Below, piece after piece: positions 1 through 12,354 of a DNA stretch of 64,000 bases. The DNA is from Chiloscyllium plagiosum (lineage: Eukaryota), in contig NC_057719.1 of NCBI RefSeq assembly GCF_004010195.1, forward strand, positions 91,448,512 to 91,512,511, read 5' to 3'. A program made the translations under genes and the position numbers. Below the pieces are notes generated by a model. It worked only from the letters and a program-made list of their open reading frames with translations. It was not told the origin of the DNA and did no database searches. Position 1 is the stretch's first letter. Each line of letters opens with the position of its first letter.

Positions 1-179
1 GTACAATTGCAACATTTAAGAGGCATTTGGATGGGTATATGAATAGGAAGGGTTTGGAGGGATATGGGCCGGGTGCTGGCAGGTGGGACTAGATTGGGTT
101 GGGATATCTGGTCAGCATGGACGGGTTGGACTGAAGGGTCTGTTTCCATGCTGTACATCTCTATGACTCTATGACTCTA
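1..179 (+). mobile_element. CR1/HER1-type LINE 3' end
   Basis: Nearly identical to the CR1 3' end at 1608-1783; ends in a (CTATGACT)n-type tail. Confidence 0.85.
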
Positions 180-205
180 AGATATTCCAGAATAAATAGA
201 ATAGA

Positions 206-500
206 TACATTTGAATTGAACTTATTGTCACATGTACTGAGGCACAATGAAAAGCTTTGTCTTGTGAGCAATACAGGCAGATCACAGAATTAAATAGAAT
301 AGATAAGTAAATAATAGGTAAACAGCAGCAAAAACAAAAACACAGGTACAGGCGAATGTTAAGAGTTTGTGAGTCTATTCAGTATTCTAACAACAGTAGG
401 GTAGAAACTTACGAAACCAGCTGGTGCGTGTGTTCAGACTTCTGTACCTTCTCCCCGGTGGTAGAGGTTGTAGAAAAACATTGCCAGGATGAGATGGACA
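206..500 (-). mobile_element. Rex1/Babar-clade LINE 3' fragment
   Basis: The minus strand encodes PSHPGNVFLQPLPPGRRYRSLNTRTS, a Rex1-type C-terminal motif. Closely matches 21059-21360 and has a TTCAA-type tail. Confidence 0.7.
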
Positions 501-661
501 TTTCAACAAGAAGGAAATTTCCATGGATCTGATTAGAAATGCCAAAGATAGTATCAAAACTAAAAAAAATGTACAAAAGCAGGTCATAAGATTGGACAAA
601 CTACAAAAATTATAATAAAAATAAAAATAATAATAAAAATAATAACAGACAGAGGGTGGTG

Positions 662-1783
662 GTGGAGGGTTGTTTTTCAGATTGGAGACCTGTGACCAGT
701 GGAGTGCCACAATGATCGGTGCTGGGCCCTCTACTTTTTGTCATTTACATAAATGATTTGGATGCGAGCATAAGAGGTACAGTTAGTAAGTTTGCAGATG
801 ACACCAAAATTGGAGGTGTACTGGACAGCGAAGAGGGTTACCTCAGATTACAACGGGATCAGGACCAGATGGGCCAATGGGCTGAGAAGCGGCAGATGGA
901 GTTTAATTCAGATAAATGCGAGGTGCTGCATTTTGGGAAAGCAAATCTTAGCAGGACTACACACTTCATGGTTAGGTCCTAGGGAGTGTTGCTGAACAAA
1001 GAGACCTTGGAGTGCAGGTTCATAGCTCCTTGAAAGTGGAATCGCAGGTAGATAGGATAGTGAAGAAGGCGTTTGGTCTGCTTTCCTTTATTTGTCAGAG
1101 TACTGAGTACAGAAGTTGGGAGGTCATGTTGCAGCTGTACAGGACATTGGTTAGGCCACTGTTGGAATATTGCGTGCAATTCTGGTCTCCTTTCTATCGG
1201 AAAGATGTTGTGAANNNCCCAATAAGTCCACACCGACCCGCCGAAGCGCAACCCACCCAGACCCATTCCCCTACATTTACCCCTTCATCTAACACTACGG
1301 GCAATTTAACTTGGCCAATTCACCTAACCTGCACATCTTTGGACTGTGGAAGGAAACCGGAGCACCCGGAGGAAACCCACGCAGACACAGGGAGAACGTG
1401 CAAACTCCACACAGAGAGTCGCCTGAGGCGGGAATTGAACCCAGGTCTCTGGCACTGTGAGGCAGCAGTGCTAACCACTGTGCCACCGTGCCGCCCACTA
1501 GGTTTAGGGTGAGAGGAGAAAGATATAAAAGAGACCAAAGGGGCAACTTTTCCATGCAGAGGGTGGTACGTGTATGGAATGAGCTGCCAGAAGATGTGGT
1601 GGAGGCTGGTACAATTGCAACATTTATGAGGCATTTGGATGGGTATATGAATAGGAAGGGTTTGGAGGGATATGGGCCGGGTGCTGGCAGTTGGAACTAG
1701 ATTGGGTTGGGATATCTGGTCGGCATGGACAGGTTGGACCGAAGGGTCTGTTTCCATGCTGTACATCTCTATGATTCTATGAC
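662..1783 (+). mobile_element. CR1/HER1 LINE, 5'-truncated (RT C-terminal half and 3' UTR), with a SINE inside the interval
   Basis: ORF fragments LGPLLFVIYINDLD...KFADDTK, LYRTLVRPLLEYCVQFWSP and RVVRVWNELP; tail CTATGATTCTATGA. Confidence 0.9.
1218..1498 (-). mobile_element. HE1-type tRNA-derived SINE
   Basis: Reverse complement begins GGCGGCACGGTGGCACAGTGGTTAGCACTGCTGCCTCACAG with a B-box GGTTCAATTCC; matches 3391-3711 and 44840-45154. Confidence 0.85.
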
Positions 1784-2049
1784 TAATGACCAAAAAAATT
1801 CAGAGAAATATTAGTGTACAAGAGAAAGCTAGCCAGAAATATAGAGACAGATATTAAGAATTCCTGTAAATATTAAGAAAACAGTTCAAATGAGTGAGCC
1901 GTGGTCTTATAGAAAGTGGATCTGGAGAATTAGGAATGGAAAATAAAAAAGTTGCAGATTAATTGAACAGATATTTTCCAGTGGTCTTCATTGTAGACGA
2001 TATGAGTAACATTCCAGAATAAATCAGTGATAAATCAGGAAGTGAAAGG

Positions 2050-2765
2050 TGTAGCAGCTTCCTAGCTGCTAAAATATAGACAGGTTGTCAACATGACCAA
2101 ACTTCAAGGGATACTGGGTACATTGGCAAAGTTAACTCTGGAGTCACAAAACCCAGACACCAGACACTAATCACATTAGCATATTGTAAAAGACACATCC
2201 TGTCAACAGTCATCCTGAATTGACATATCTCATCAACTAAACAAAGAAACAACCAACCATATTAACAATCATGAACCAGACACTCTAGCCTAAAACAATG
2301 GAACAAATATTTAGCGATAAAGAAAGCTATTCAAACCATTGGTAGCCATTAAGCAGGATCTCTTGATTGGCTAAAGCTATAGAAAGACCCAGAAGCTAAG
2401 GGTAAAGATATATATAAAGAAAAGGGCTTCCCTGGAAATCAGGAGATCTTCTGGGAAACCAGTGTAGCAAAATGTAGAGTCTAGTTGACTGTCCAGAGAG
2501 AGAGAAGAGAGCAGAGAGAAAGAAGCTTCTCAGAGAGGGAGTGCATAAATCTACAAGAGATTTAAGAAGTATTGTCAGCTTTAGGAGCCAAATAGGATTA
2601 GAAGTAGCATTGTTTAGTATTAAAAGGAATTGCAACTTGTTTCTTAATAAAGTTGAGACTTTTTACACATTGGTGCCAGCTTGTGTTTGTAGTGATTTGA
2701 CTACTTCAGTATTGTGGGGCACCTGGGCAAACTCATTCATAAACACTCTAGTTGGAATTGTCTAA
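2050..2765 (+). mobile_element. Probable 5' LTR of a decayed LTR retroelement
   Basis: Starts TGTAGC; CCAAT-like boxes, TATATAAA near 2411, AATAAA at 2646; followed by a PBS-like TGGCGATGCTGGG near 2794. Confidence 0.55.
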
Positions 2766-3390
2766 CTTATTTAAGGAGCGAATAGACAGCAAATGGCGAT
2801 GCTGGGTGGTCTTCGATAAAAAGTAACTTTTAAGCTGCTCCGAAGTTGAACACACCCGCCTGGCATCCTCAGAGTTCAGACAGAGCTGTAACTAAGAGGG
2901 AAAATACCCCACGTAAAAGCCAGGATTCAAGTGAGTAACTGAGGAAACTGGTAGCTGACCAGCAGAGCACAGGGTGGAAAGGCAGCAGTGTACAGATGGA
3001 CTCTGAGGAAGTCAGCCTAGAGGTTTTCAGGCATTCACCTCTTGTGTGGAAACCCTAAAGACATTGGCAGTTGTTCATACCCCTACACACTCCATTACCC
3101 CAATCAAAATGAGTGTTGAATATTTTAAAGAGTACCCGGAATAAGCAGCAGATATTGGGTCAGGGACCCAGGGATCGACATAATACACAGGTGCAGGAAA
3201 CTACAGTCAGGCCACAAGAAGGGGTGAAAGACCTATCTCTGGGTAGTGTTGGAAGGTGTCACCATGCTCTATTTCTACACGTGTAAGATTTAGAGAGACT
3301 CTAAAAAGAATTTAGCTGAAGCCTTACCCCAACTACAGCCACTTCCCATACCTTAATAACATGGAAGAAAAATCTAGCAAAGGACCCAGT

Positions 3391-3711
3391 GGGCGGCACG
3401 GTGGCACAGTGGTTAGCACTGTTGCCTCACAGCGCCAGAGACCCAGAATCAATTCCCGCCTCAGGCGACTGACTGTGTGGAGTTTGCACGTTCTCCCCGT
3501 GTCTGCGTGGGTTTCCTCCGGGTGTTCCGGTTTCCTCCCACAGTCCAAAAATGTGCGGGTTAGGTGAATTGGCTGTGCTAAATTGCCCGTAGTGTTAGGT
3601 GCAGGGGTAAATGTAGGGGAATGGGTCTGGGTGGGTTGCGCTTTGGAGGGTCGGTGTGTACTTGTTGGGCCGAAGGGCCTGTTTCCACACTGTTAGTAAT
3701 CTAATCTAATC
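3391..3711 (+). mobile_element. HE1-type SINE, full length
   Basis: tRNA-like head (A-box TGGCACAGTGG), CR1-like 3' end and (CTAAT)n tail. Confidence 0.9.
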
Positions 3712-5106
3712 AAATATGCTCATGAACAAAATGCAACAAGTATCCCTAATCTGACATGGGAGGACACTCTGAGACAATACCTTTTTAAAAAGTGGGCCAA
3801 ATGGACTGGATTCTGTAGCAGCCCAGAGTGGCCCTGGACCATGGCTTCCATGGCCCGTGACATATGACAAGAAACTCATAACAAATTATGAAAGAAGACC
3901 AGTAAGACAACCATAGCAATAGTGATAGTATGCAGCCCCGAAGGTTTCTGCAGCTGACTCACTGAGATCAGATACCTGCAGGAGTGATCAGAAATTACTA
4001 GCGATGATCTGGAAAAGTTAAAAACTTGTTGTAAAAGAGCAGGACACCAGAATACAGGAAAACCTGATCCACATGGGTTAATTCTATGCCCATATAAAAA
4101 GGTCTATTCAAATGAAAGAAGGGCAGTCAGGGACAGGAAAGCAGTCCTGACCATGATAGATAGGCTGGAACAGCAATATAGAGAGTGCTGCACAACTGTA
4201 ATACAGAAACTGGCAAACACACAGAGTGTAACAAAGGAAGAGAGAATCTAAAGAACCAGTTATTGGCCTGTATGAGGTGTGCCTTTTAGGTAGCACCAAA
4301 TGCGGGAGATAGTGAGGGATCAGACAAGGAGGAATCAGTACAAATCCCAGATATATCCACCAGAAAGGAACATCTATGGGACTGTGGCCATCTTTCCCTG
4401 AAACTGCAGGCCCATTGGCCCTTCACCACTGCCCTAGAATCCCCTGGTCAACCAGCACAGAAACCAAATACAAATCCCTTGTCCAATATCCAGCTGGCCA
4501 ACTTTGCCAAGAAGGTCTCAGTTTTTAACATCACCTCTGACCCGTACACCTTCTTTGATGAAATTTATCAACAAGGGATATTGCATGGCTTAGTGAGGCG
4601 AAACAAGCCAGGCTTTGACATTATGTGCCTCAGTCCCACAGTACATTCAGTTCTGCCAGACCCTCAAATAACTGGCAGTGGAATGCTGAAACAAATGGAG
4701 ACCTCAGTTGTCGACGGCCATGATAGGGGGGATCCCATAGATGGACTTGCGTAAGTGCCACCAATGGAAGGGGAACATCACAGTTCTTTTGACCGCTGTC
4801 TGTGGCTCCAATTCACCAGGGTATTTGGGAATATGGACTGATCCCAACTCACTAATTAACCGCGAGTACATTGGGTAAGTACTCCCATTACACACGCTGC
4901 CGAGAGTGAGCCCAGGTACGTGAAGCATTTGTCCCGATGGAATTTTACCATACTGAAGCCTAGCCTCCATGAAAACTAGTCCTGGTGAGGGAGAGGAAAG
5001 TTAAGGAACAGGACGAGGTAAAGCAAACAGTCCATGTAACTGCACTCCACACAACCCGCAGCTCATCTCCAGCCTGGAGGAACAAGGGGGAAGGCTGAAA
5101 TAAAAC

Positions 5107-5465
5107 ATTTTTTCAATTCATTCACGGCGTGAGGGTGTCACTAGCTAGACCAGTGTTTATTGCCCATCTCCAATTGTCTAGAGGGCAGTTAAAAGTCAAC
5201 CACATTGCTCTGGGTCTGGAGTTACATTTAGGCCAGAGCAGGTAAAAATGACAGTTTCCTTCCCTAAAGGACATTAGTGAACCAGATGGGTTTTCCCCCA
5301 AATATCAACAATAGATTCATGGTTATCAGTAGACTCTTAATTATAGTTATTTATTGTCTTCAAATTCCATCTGTTATGGCAGGATTTGAACATGAATTCC
5401 CCAGAACATTGCTTGGGTCTCTGGATTAATAGTCCAACAATAATACCATTAGGCTGTCACCTCCC
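5107..5465 (-). mobile_element. Old tRNA-headed SINE, Deu/SacSINE1-like. Other copies near 25040-25340(-), 48200-48600(-), 49890-50480(-), 53260-53760(+), 55363-55720(+)
   Basis: Core GTCAACCACATTGCTGTGGGTCTGGAGTCACATG recurs in all copies; B-box-like GTTCAAATCC in the head. Confidence 0.6.
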
Positions 5466-7129
5466 TTTAAGTAAATGCAGGAAACCAAAGAATAATCCCC
5501 CTCTTTATGGGTCCCTGCACCCCTAGATGAGGGGAAATCCCACTGATGAACCCCAAGCCCAATCCGTGCTATAACTGTGGCCAAATTGGCCAATTCCCTT
5601 GGGACAGCCGGGCTGCTAAGATTCCAACTTGGCAACGGGAAGGTGGGCTAACACCCAGGGTACCAGCTAGGCAGCAACAGCTAAAGTGAGAACAAGCTCT
5701 GGCTTACATGTTGAGGATCACAAGGACAACTCCGTAACCATCTCTCCCATCTGCACCTGCAATAAAATTTATTTTCCAGCAAGTCCAAGGGCACCTTCAC
5801 CACAAGTCCACTGCTCGCACCCTGCTAGGAAACATAAATGCTGCAAAAATGGTTGCAGCAGTAAAAATTGGTAGAAAAGAAAACATAGACAGAGTTGTGC
5901 CTATTTCGACAGCCAAATTCACCTCTCTGAATATGAGGTACAGCAACAAGTTTTGCTCCAGCCTTAATTCATCTCTTGCCCCCCTCCCAGATTTTCAGAA
6001 CCACACTCCAGTGTGGATAAAGTTAGCCCTTCAGTATATAAAGCTTATGGCAGACTCTGGCAAAATGGGATGGTAACACAAGTCCTATTCTGCCCAAAAT
6101 GTCTTCTGCCACTTCCATGCCATGCTCAGGGAAATAGATCCCAGTACCAGCTCCATGTGAGATGGTTCTGGGAATCCCTCAGGCCTGTCCACTCAAGGGC
6201 AGACCACAATGCTATTGGTGCAGAACATGTGACTAATTAACTAAATGTGACTGATCCCAGGAACACAGTCTTCCTCTACTCACACCAATAGGAGGCAGAC
6301 ACACCAGGTCCTCGCTCAACAGAACCACACATGTAATCTCAACCCAATTGTCACAATCCACAGAAAGGGGCCCAATACTTGTCCATCATACACTGTTGTG
6401 TAGCTCCTCTTTGCTGTCCATGTCTCTCAGTGGTTTTTAAAAGTTATTTCTATTTTCCAAACAACCAGTCCTAATGCAGCTGCACATTTTATGTTGCCAT
6501 ATTTATCACAGAGAGGGGAGCCAGGAATGGATGACAATTTGAGTAATGTTACTGAAAAATATGAATTGGATGTTAGATTAACAGGAATTACTCTTGATCC
6601 CTTCTCGGGAACATGTCAGAGACACTACTTCAAGGCAATAATGAAGCCCATTCCTCAATGCCTTTTGCTTCTGTTACATACAAGTGCTTGTGTTTTATGT
6701 GGAAACATTGCGTGTGAAATGGAGATATCCAGGATACCTTCAGCATGACCCAACTGATTCTGTGTGGGTGGGATGCCCTTAGCCCACCTGGAAACATTGG
6801 TTATATTTGGGTGTAATGGTGACCTTACAGTGTACAGAAAGCATAGTGGAATCGCCACATTTTATTATGTGAGCATAGGGATCCCTTGGGTGGACAGGCC
6901 TGAGGGACTACCAGGACAATTGGTGGGGGCTCTCTGAGTATGGGTAGATGGCATTGAGATGGCACACAGCCTGGACAAAGGATTAGAGTTAGACTGACAA
7001 TGCCCTGGGAAGTCCCACTAAGGAGAACTTCTGGAATATGAAGCTGCTAATGGACCGGGGTCAACAGTAAAGACCCTTTCCACAGCTTCCCGGGTCCCTG
7101 TTTGCCTGTAGGAAATGTTTTGTTTGACT

Positions 7130-8500
7130 CACAGGTGGACAGGATAGTGAAGAAGGGGTTTTGGTACACTTGCCTTTATTGGTCAATGCATTGAGTACAG
7201 GAGTTGGGAGGTCATGTTGCAGCTGTACAGGACATTGGTTAGGCCACTTTCGGAATACTGTGTTCAGTTCTGGTCTCCTTGCTGTAGGAAAGATGTTGTT
7301 AAACTTGAAAGGGTGCAGAAAATGTTTACAAGGATGTTGCCAGGGTTGGAGGGTTGAGCCACAGGATGAAGCTGAATAGGCTGGGGCTGTTTTCCCTGCA
7401 GCATCAGATTTTTAGGGGTGACCTTACTGGGGTGTATAAAATCAGGAGANNNNNNNNNNNNNNNNNNNNNNNNNNNNNNNNNNNNNNNNNNNNNNNNNNN
7501 NNNNNNNNNNNNNNNNNNNNNNNNNNNNNNNNNNNNNNNNNNNNNNNNNNNNNNNNNNNNNNNNNNNNNNNNNNNNNNNNNNNNNNNNNNNNNNNNNNNN
7601 NNNNNNNNNNNNNNNNNNNNNNNNNNNNNNNNNNNNNNNNNNNNNNNNNNNNNNNNNNNNNNNNNNNNNNNNNNNNNNNNNNNNNNNNNNNNNNNNNNNN
7701 NNNNNNNNNNNNNNNNNNNNNNNNNNNNNNNNNNNNNNNNNNNNNNNNNNNNNNNNNNNNNNNNNNNNNNNNNNNNNNNNNNNNNNNNNNNNNNNNNNNN
7801 NNNNNNNNNNNNNNNNNNNNNNNNNNNNNNNNNNNNNNNNNNNNNNNNNNNNNNNNNNNNNNNNNNNNNNNNNNNNNNNNNNNNNNNNNNNNNNNNNNNN
7901 NNNNNNNNNNNNNNNNNNNNNNNNNNNNNNNNNNNNNNNNNNNNNNNNNACTACTACTCTCTGTCTCCTGTTGCCCAACCAGCTCTATATCCATCTAGCT
8001 AGAACACCCTGGACCCCATGCAACTTCACCTTTCTCACCAGCCTACCACAAGGGGAACCTTATCAAATGCCTTACTAAAGTCCATGTATATGACATCTAC
8101 GTCCCTTCCCTCATCAATTAACTTTGTCACCTCTTCAAAGAATTCTGTTCAGTTTGTAAGACCTTCCCTGCACAAAACCATGCTGCTGATCACTGATAAG
8201 CCCATTGTCTTCAAAATGGGTATATACCCTATCCCTTAGTATCTTCTCCAGTAGCTTCCCTATCACTGATGAAGGGTTTTTCCTGAAACGTCGATTTTCC
8301 TGCTTTCCTGATGAAGGGCTTTTACTCCTCGGATGCTGCCTGACCTGCGTGCTTTTCCAGCACCACTCTAATCTAGACTCTAATCTCCAGCATCTGCAGT
8401 ACCCACTTCTCCCTACCACTGACGTCAGGCTCACAGGTCTATAATTACCTGGATTATCCCTGCTACCCTTCTTAAACAAGGGGACAACATTCGCAATTCA
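7130..8500. mobile_element. CR1 LINE fragments either side of an assembly gap (+ at 7130-7449, - at 7950-8500), with a Penelope-derived insert near 8263-8412
   Basis: LYRTLVRP-type coding on +; FKKGSRDNPGNYRPVSLTSVVG on -. Confidence 0.8.
7450..7949. other. Assembly gap (N-run); other gaps at 11228-11740, 32531-32857 and 37086-37094
   Basis: Runs of n in the sequence. Confidence 0.99.
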
Positions 8501-9435
8501 AGGAGACTGCTGTGGCAAAAGACAGTCTAGTTGGACGTCTGGAGAGACAGAGAGGGGAAGAGAGAAAGCAGCTTTGCAGTTCCACAACAAAAGGATAAAA
8601 GATCTCAGGAAAATCACTGTGAGTGGAGATGTGGGACTGAGTAACGTATTGAGCTGTGGGGCTCACAAGTGCCTGGATTCTGATGGGACTTCAGCCTGGT
8701 GTGCTATAAGAAATGACTTTGATCTTTTTAGAGAGAATAGGGGATACAATGCTATTTCCACCTGCAATGCCATTTGATTTAGTCCCTTCCTTACCCCTCC
8801 CTCATTTTAATGGTTTGCATTGTCAGTAATGGGCTTTGCTTGTAAATTTATAATTGGCTACATGGACGATTTACTAGTTAAAAAGAAAAGAAAAAGTCAT
8901 GATGATTTGATGGTGGGAAAGCCATTCAGTTGCGTGTCAGGGCACTTCTCGTTACAAAAGAAATGTCCATAAAATATCTAGAATCTAAGATTCTTTTCTT
9001 ACTCCTCTGCAAGGAGAGACAGCGCAATGCTATCTTTGTCGGGTGCAGAGACTTACTGCCCCTGTATTGTTCACATAAGAGCCGAAGGAACAGCTGTTAT
9101 CCTCTTGAGTTCTCCTGATCCACTCAACTGGTCCTAATTGAAAAACCAATCAACATCCTGTCATGCCTGAAATACACAGCTATGGTGCCATGAGTCTAGC
9201 AAACCTTCCCCCACCACTGCTCGAACAAAGCAAGTGTGTAAGTACAACTCATAGAAAGTTCTAGTAACTTGATTTAAAGCTGTAACATCTCCATTCACAG
9301 TTTCCTCGGTCTAAAGCAGCTTCCTGTTCTCATTTTGGGTCCACAATCCAAAAACAATGTTAATAACATGCTGTTTACAAGACAAACTCTGCAGGTTAGA
9401 GATAGTGTAATGTCAAAGTAATGTGAGTAGTCTAT

Positions 9436-10026
9436 TGTTATGGACCAGACCACACCCCCACAAAATATATTAAGAAGGTAGCTTGTCCCTAACTTTTTCT
9501 TATTTGAAAGATAAATGTGAGGTGCTGTGTTCCAGATGCAATTCAATTGGTCAAACTACTCAACATTCAGCAAAACACAATTTATTCAAACACTAGAGTT
9601 AAAATAAAAAATAACTTAGGATAACTTAACTCTGTTGGAAAATTAACATAATAATAGATACAGTAACTACTAGTAACTGTTCCAATATAATAACATCCCA
9701 AAAACATACCTCTTGGCAAAAAGGCAAATTCAGACATCAGATTTTCTCACATACAACACACCCAGTAGGAGGAGAAACCCCAGCTTCCAGCTGTAACTGC
9801 GAGAGGAAAAAAACTAGCTTCTACTTCTTCAGGACTCCAGCAGCTTCTGCTGAATCCTGGTCTCTGAGAGCTGGCCACACCCATCCAAGCTGCTTCTACT
9901 GTTCCAATTTTACAAAAAATCCCAAGGTTGCACGAGTTCTCATGGACTGCTTGGCACATGTCCTTCAATCTCTTGCTAAAGGAAACCAGGACAAAACCTA
10001 CTTCTTAAAGCCACAGCATCATCACA
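9436..10026 (-). mobile_element. Solo LTR
   Basis: TGTTA...TCACA termini, flanks CTAT/CTCT (4-bp TSD with one mismatch), TTTATT at 9581 (AATAAA on -). Confidence 0.65.
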
Positions 10027-10059
10027 CTCTAGTGCCTTGAGGGAAGCTGGCAATGTTTC

Positions 10060-10382
10060 AGAATCTGGATTAGTGGTGCTGGAAGAGCACAGCAATTCAG
10101 GCAGCATCCGAGGACAGGCAAAATCCGAGGACAGGCAAAATCGACGTTTCGGGCAAAAGCCCTTCATCAGGAATAAAGGCAGAGAGCCTGAAGCGTGGAG
10201 AGATAAGCTAGAGGAGGGTGGGGTGGGGAGAGAGTAGCATAGAGTACAATAGGTCAGTGGGGGAGGAGATGAAGGTAATAGGTCAGGGAGGAGAGGGTGG
10301 AGTGGATAGGTGGAAAAGGAGCTGCGCAGTTCGGACAAGTCCGGACAAGACAAGGGGACAGTGTTGAGCTGGAGGTTTGAGA
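10060..10382 (-). mobile_element. Penelope-like element 3' fragment (family 1) with an intact minimal hammerhead motif at ~10139-10174
   Basis: Minus strand reads ATTC-CTGATGA-A-GGGC-TTTT-GCCC-GAAACGTC-GATT; shares its pseudo-LTR with 30788-31016. Confidence 0.75.
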
Positions 10383-10775
10383 ATCCCACTGCTCAAGTCC
10401 TTTCACTCTTCTCATTTCGAGTCTGTCCATGGTCTTGTTCCTTTGCATCCCTGCAATTTTCTACAGTCCTTCAAGATCATTACTCTGCTGCAATTCTGGA
10501 CTCATGATGCTGTCCAGTTTCAATTGCTCCACCATTGGCAAGCATGTCTCCAGCTGCTTCATTCCTAAATTCTGGAATTAGCAACTTAATTTTCACAGCT
10601 GACAACCTTCCTTGGTTCCCCATGAAGATGCTCTTTATTAACCACTACCCTCTTTAACCCAAATGTTTAACCTTGCAGCCTGATAGCTCCTTCTGTGACT
10701 TGGCAGTCAATTATGTTTGAAAAATTTCTCAAAATGTTTTGGAATATTTCAGGTTCAAGGCACCAAGAGATGATG

Positions 10776-12136
10776 CTGAAAATGTGTTGCTGGAAAAGCG
10801 CAGCAGGTCAGGCAGCATCCAAGGAGCAGGAGAATCAACGTTTCAGGCATGAGCCCTTCCCCAGGAATGAGGAAAGTGTGTCCAGCAGGCTAAGATAAAA
10901 GGTAGGGAGGAGGGACTTGAGGGAGGAGTGTTGGAAATGCGATAGGTGGAAGGAGGTTAAGATGACGGTGATAGGCCGGAGTAGGGGTGGGGGCGGAGAG
11001 GTCAGGAAGAAAATTGCAGGTTAGGAAGTTGGTGCTGAGTTTGAGGGTTGGGACTGAGACAGGGTGGGGGGAGGGGAAATGAGGAAACTGGAGAAATCTG
11101 AGTTCATCCCTTGTGGTTGGAGGGTTCCTAGGTGGAAGATGAGGCGCTCTTCCTCCAACCGTCGTGTTGCTATGGTCTGACGATGGAGGAGTCCAAGGAC
11201 CTGCATGTCCTTGGTGGAGTGGGAGGGNNNNNNNNNNNNNNNNNNNNNNNNNNNNNNNNNNNNNNNNNNNNNNNNNNNNNNNNNNNNNNNNNNNNNNNNN
11301 NNNNNNNNNNNNNNNNNNNNNNNNNNNNNNNNNNNNNNNNNNNNNNNNNNNNNNNNNNNNNNNNNNNNNNNNNNNNNNNNNNNNNNNNNNNNNNNNNNNN
11401 NNNNNNNNNNNNNNNNNNNNNNNNNNNNNNNNNNNNNNNNNNNNNNNNNNNNNNNNNNNNNNNNNNNNNNNNNNNNNNNNNNNNNNNNNNNNNNNNNNNN
11501 NNNNNNNNNNNNNNNNNNNNNNNNNNNNNNNNNNNNNNNNNNNNNNNNNNNNNNNNNNNNNNNNNNNNNNNNNNNNNNNNNNNNNNNNNNNNNNNNNNNN
11601 NNNNNNNNNNNNNNNNNNNNNNNNNNNNNNNNNNNNNNNNNNNNNNNNNNNNNNNNNNNNNNNNNNNNNNNNNNNNNNNNNNNNNNNNNNNNNNNNNNNN
11701 NNNNNNNNNNNNNNNNNNNNNNNNNNNNNNNNNNNNNNNNNAGGTCTAGGAAGGGGAGGGAGGAGTCTGAGACGGTCCAGGTAAATTTGAGGTCGGGGTG
11801 GAAGGTGTTGGTAAAGTGGATGAACTGTTCAACCTCCTCGTGGGAGCATGAGGCAGCGCCGATACAGTCATTGATGTAGCGGAGGAAAAGGTGGGGGGTG
11901 GTGCCAGTGTAACTGGCATGCGCCGCTACCTACATTCCCTGTAATTAGCCCTACTCCCTAGTCCCTCCTCCCTACCTTTTATCTTAGCCTGCTTGGCACA
12001 CTTTCCTCATTCCTGGGGAAGGGCTTATGCCCGAAACGTCGATTCTCCTGTTCCCTGGATGCTGCCTGACCTCCTGCGCTTTTCCAGCAACACATTTTCA
12101 GCTCTGATCTCCAGCATCTGCAGTCCTCCCTTTCTC
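10776..12136 (-). mobile_element. Penelope-like retroelement (family 1), truncated, with inverted pseudo-LTRs
   Basis: 15-bp TSD CACCAAGAGATGATG (10761-10775 / 12137-12151). GIY-YIG C-terminus RRLEEERLIFHLGTLQPQGMN; RT fragment YINDCIGAASCSHEEVEQF near 11790-11880. The two ends are inverted repeats. Confidence 0.85.
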
Positions 12137-12319
12137 CACCAAGAGATGATGGGCTACAATGATGTGCAGGGAAGAGAGTAACTGAGATTGTTAACCTTAT
12201 AGAAAGATCTAACAGAGGTGACCAACATAATGAGGTTTGGAGACGCTGGTGTTGGACTGGGGTGACAAAGTTAAAAATCACACAACACCAGGTTATAGTC
12301 CAACAGGTTTAATTGGAAG

Positions 12320-12354
12320 CACTAGCTTTCGGAACGACGCTCCTTCATCAGGTG
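12320..12354 (-). ncRNA. Minimal type I hammerhead ribozyme motif (family 2 pseudo-LTR)
   Basis: Minus strand CAC-CUGAUGA-A-GGAGC-GUC-GUUCC-GAAAGCUA-GUG: core boxes, stem II, stem I (CAC/GUG) and a palindromic AGCU in place of stem III. Confidence 0.7.

Larger units (their letters stand above)
2786..7130 (+). pseudogene. Decayed internal region of an LTR retroelement (gag-like; possible Cys-rich env-like remnant near 6500-7000)
   Basis: Zinc-knuckle start CYNCGQIG near 5567-5590; capsid-like fragment 4479-4754; many stops and frameshifts; two SINEs inserted. Confidence 0.5.

Noticed and set aside
1012..1555. Recurrent peptides CGRKPEHPEETHADTGRTCKLH and CWKSAAGQAASKEQE that look like a gene family
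   Set aside because: Chance translations of HE1 SINEs and Penelope pseudo-LTRs.
3391..3465. tRNA-like sequences with A and B boxes
   Set aside because: These are SINE heads continuing into a SINE body and tail, not tRNA genes.
7354..8002. Long ORFs spanning poly-X (also 11132-11879 and 32144-33013)
   Set aside because: Artefacts of N-gaps.
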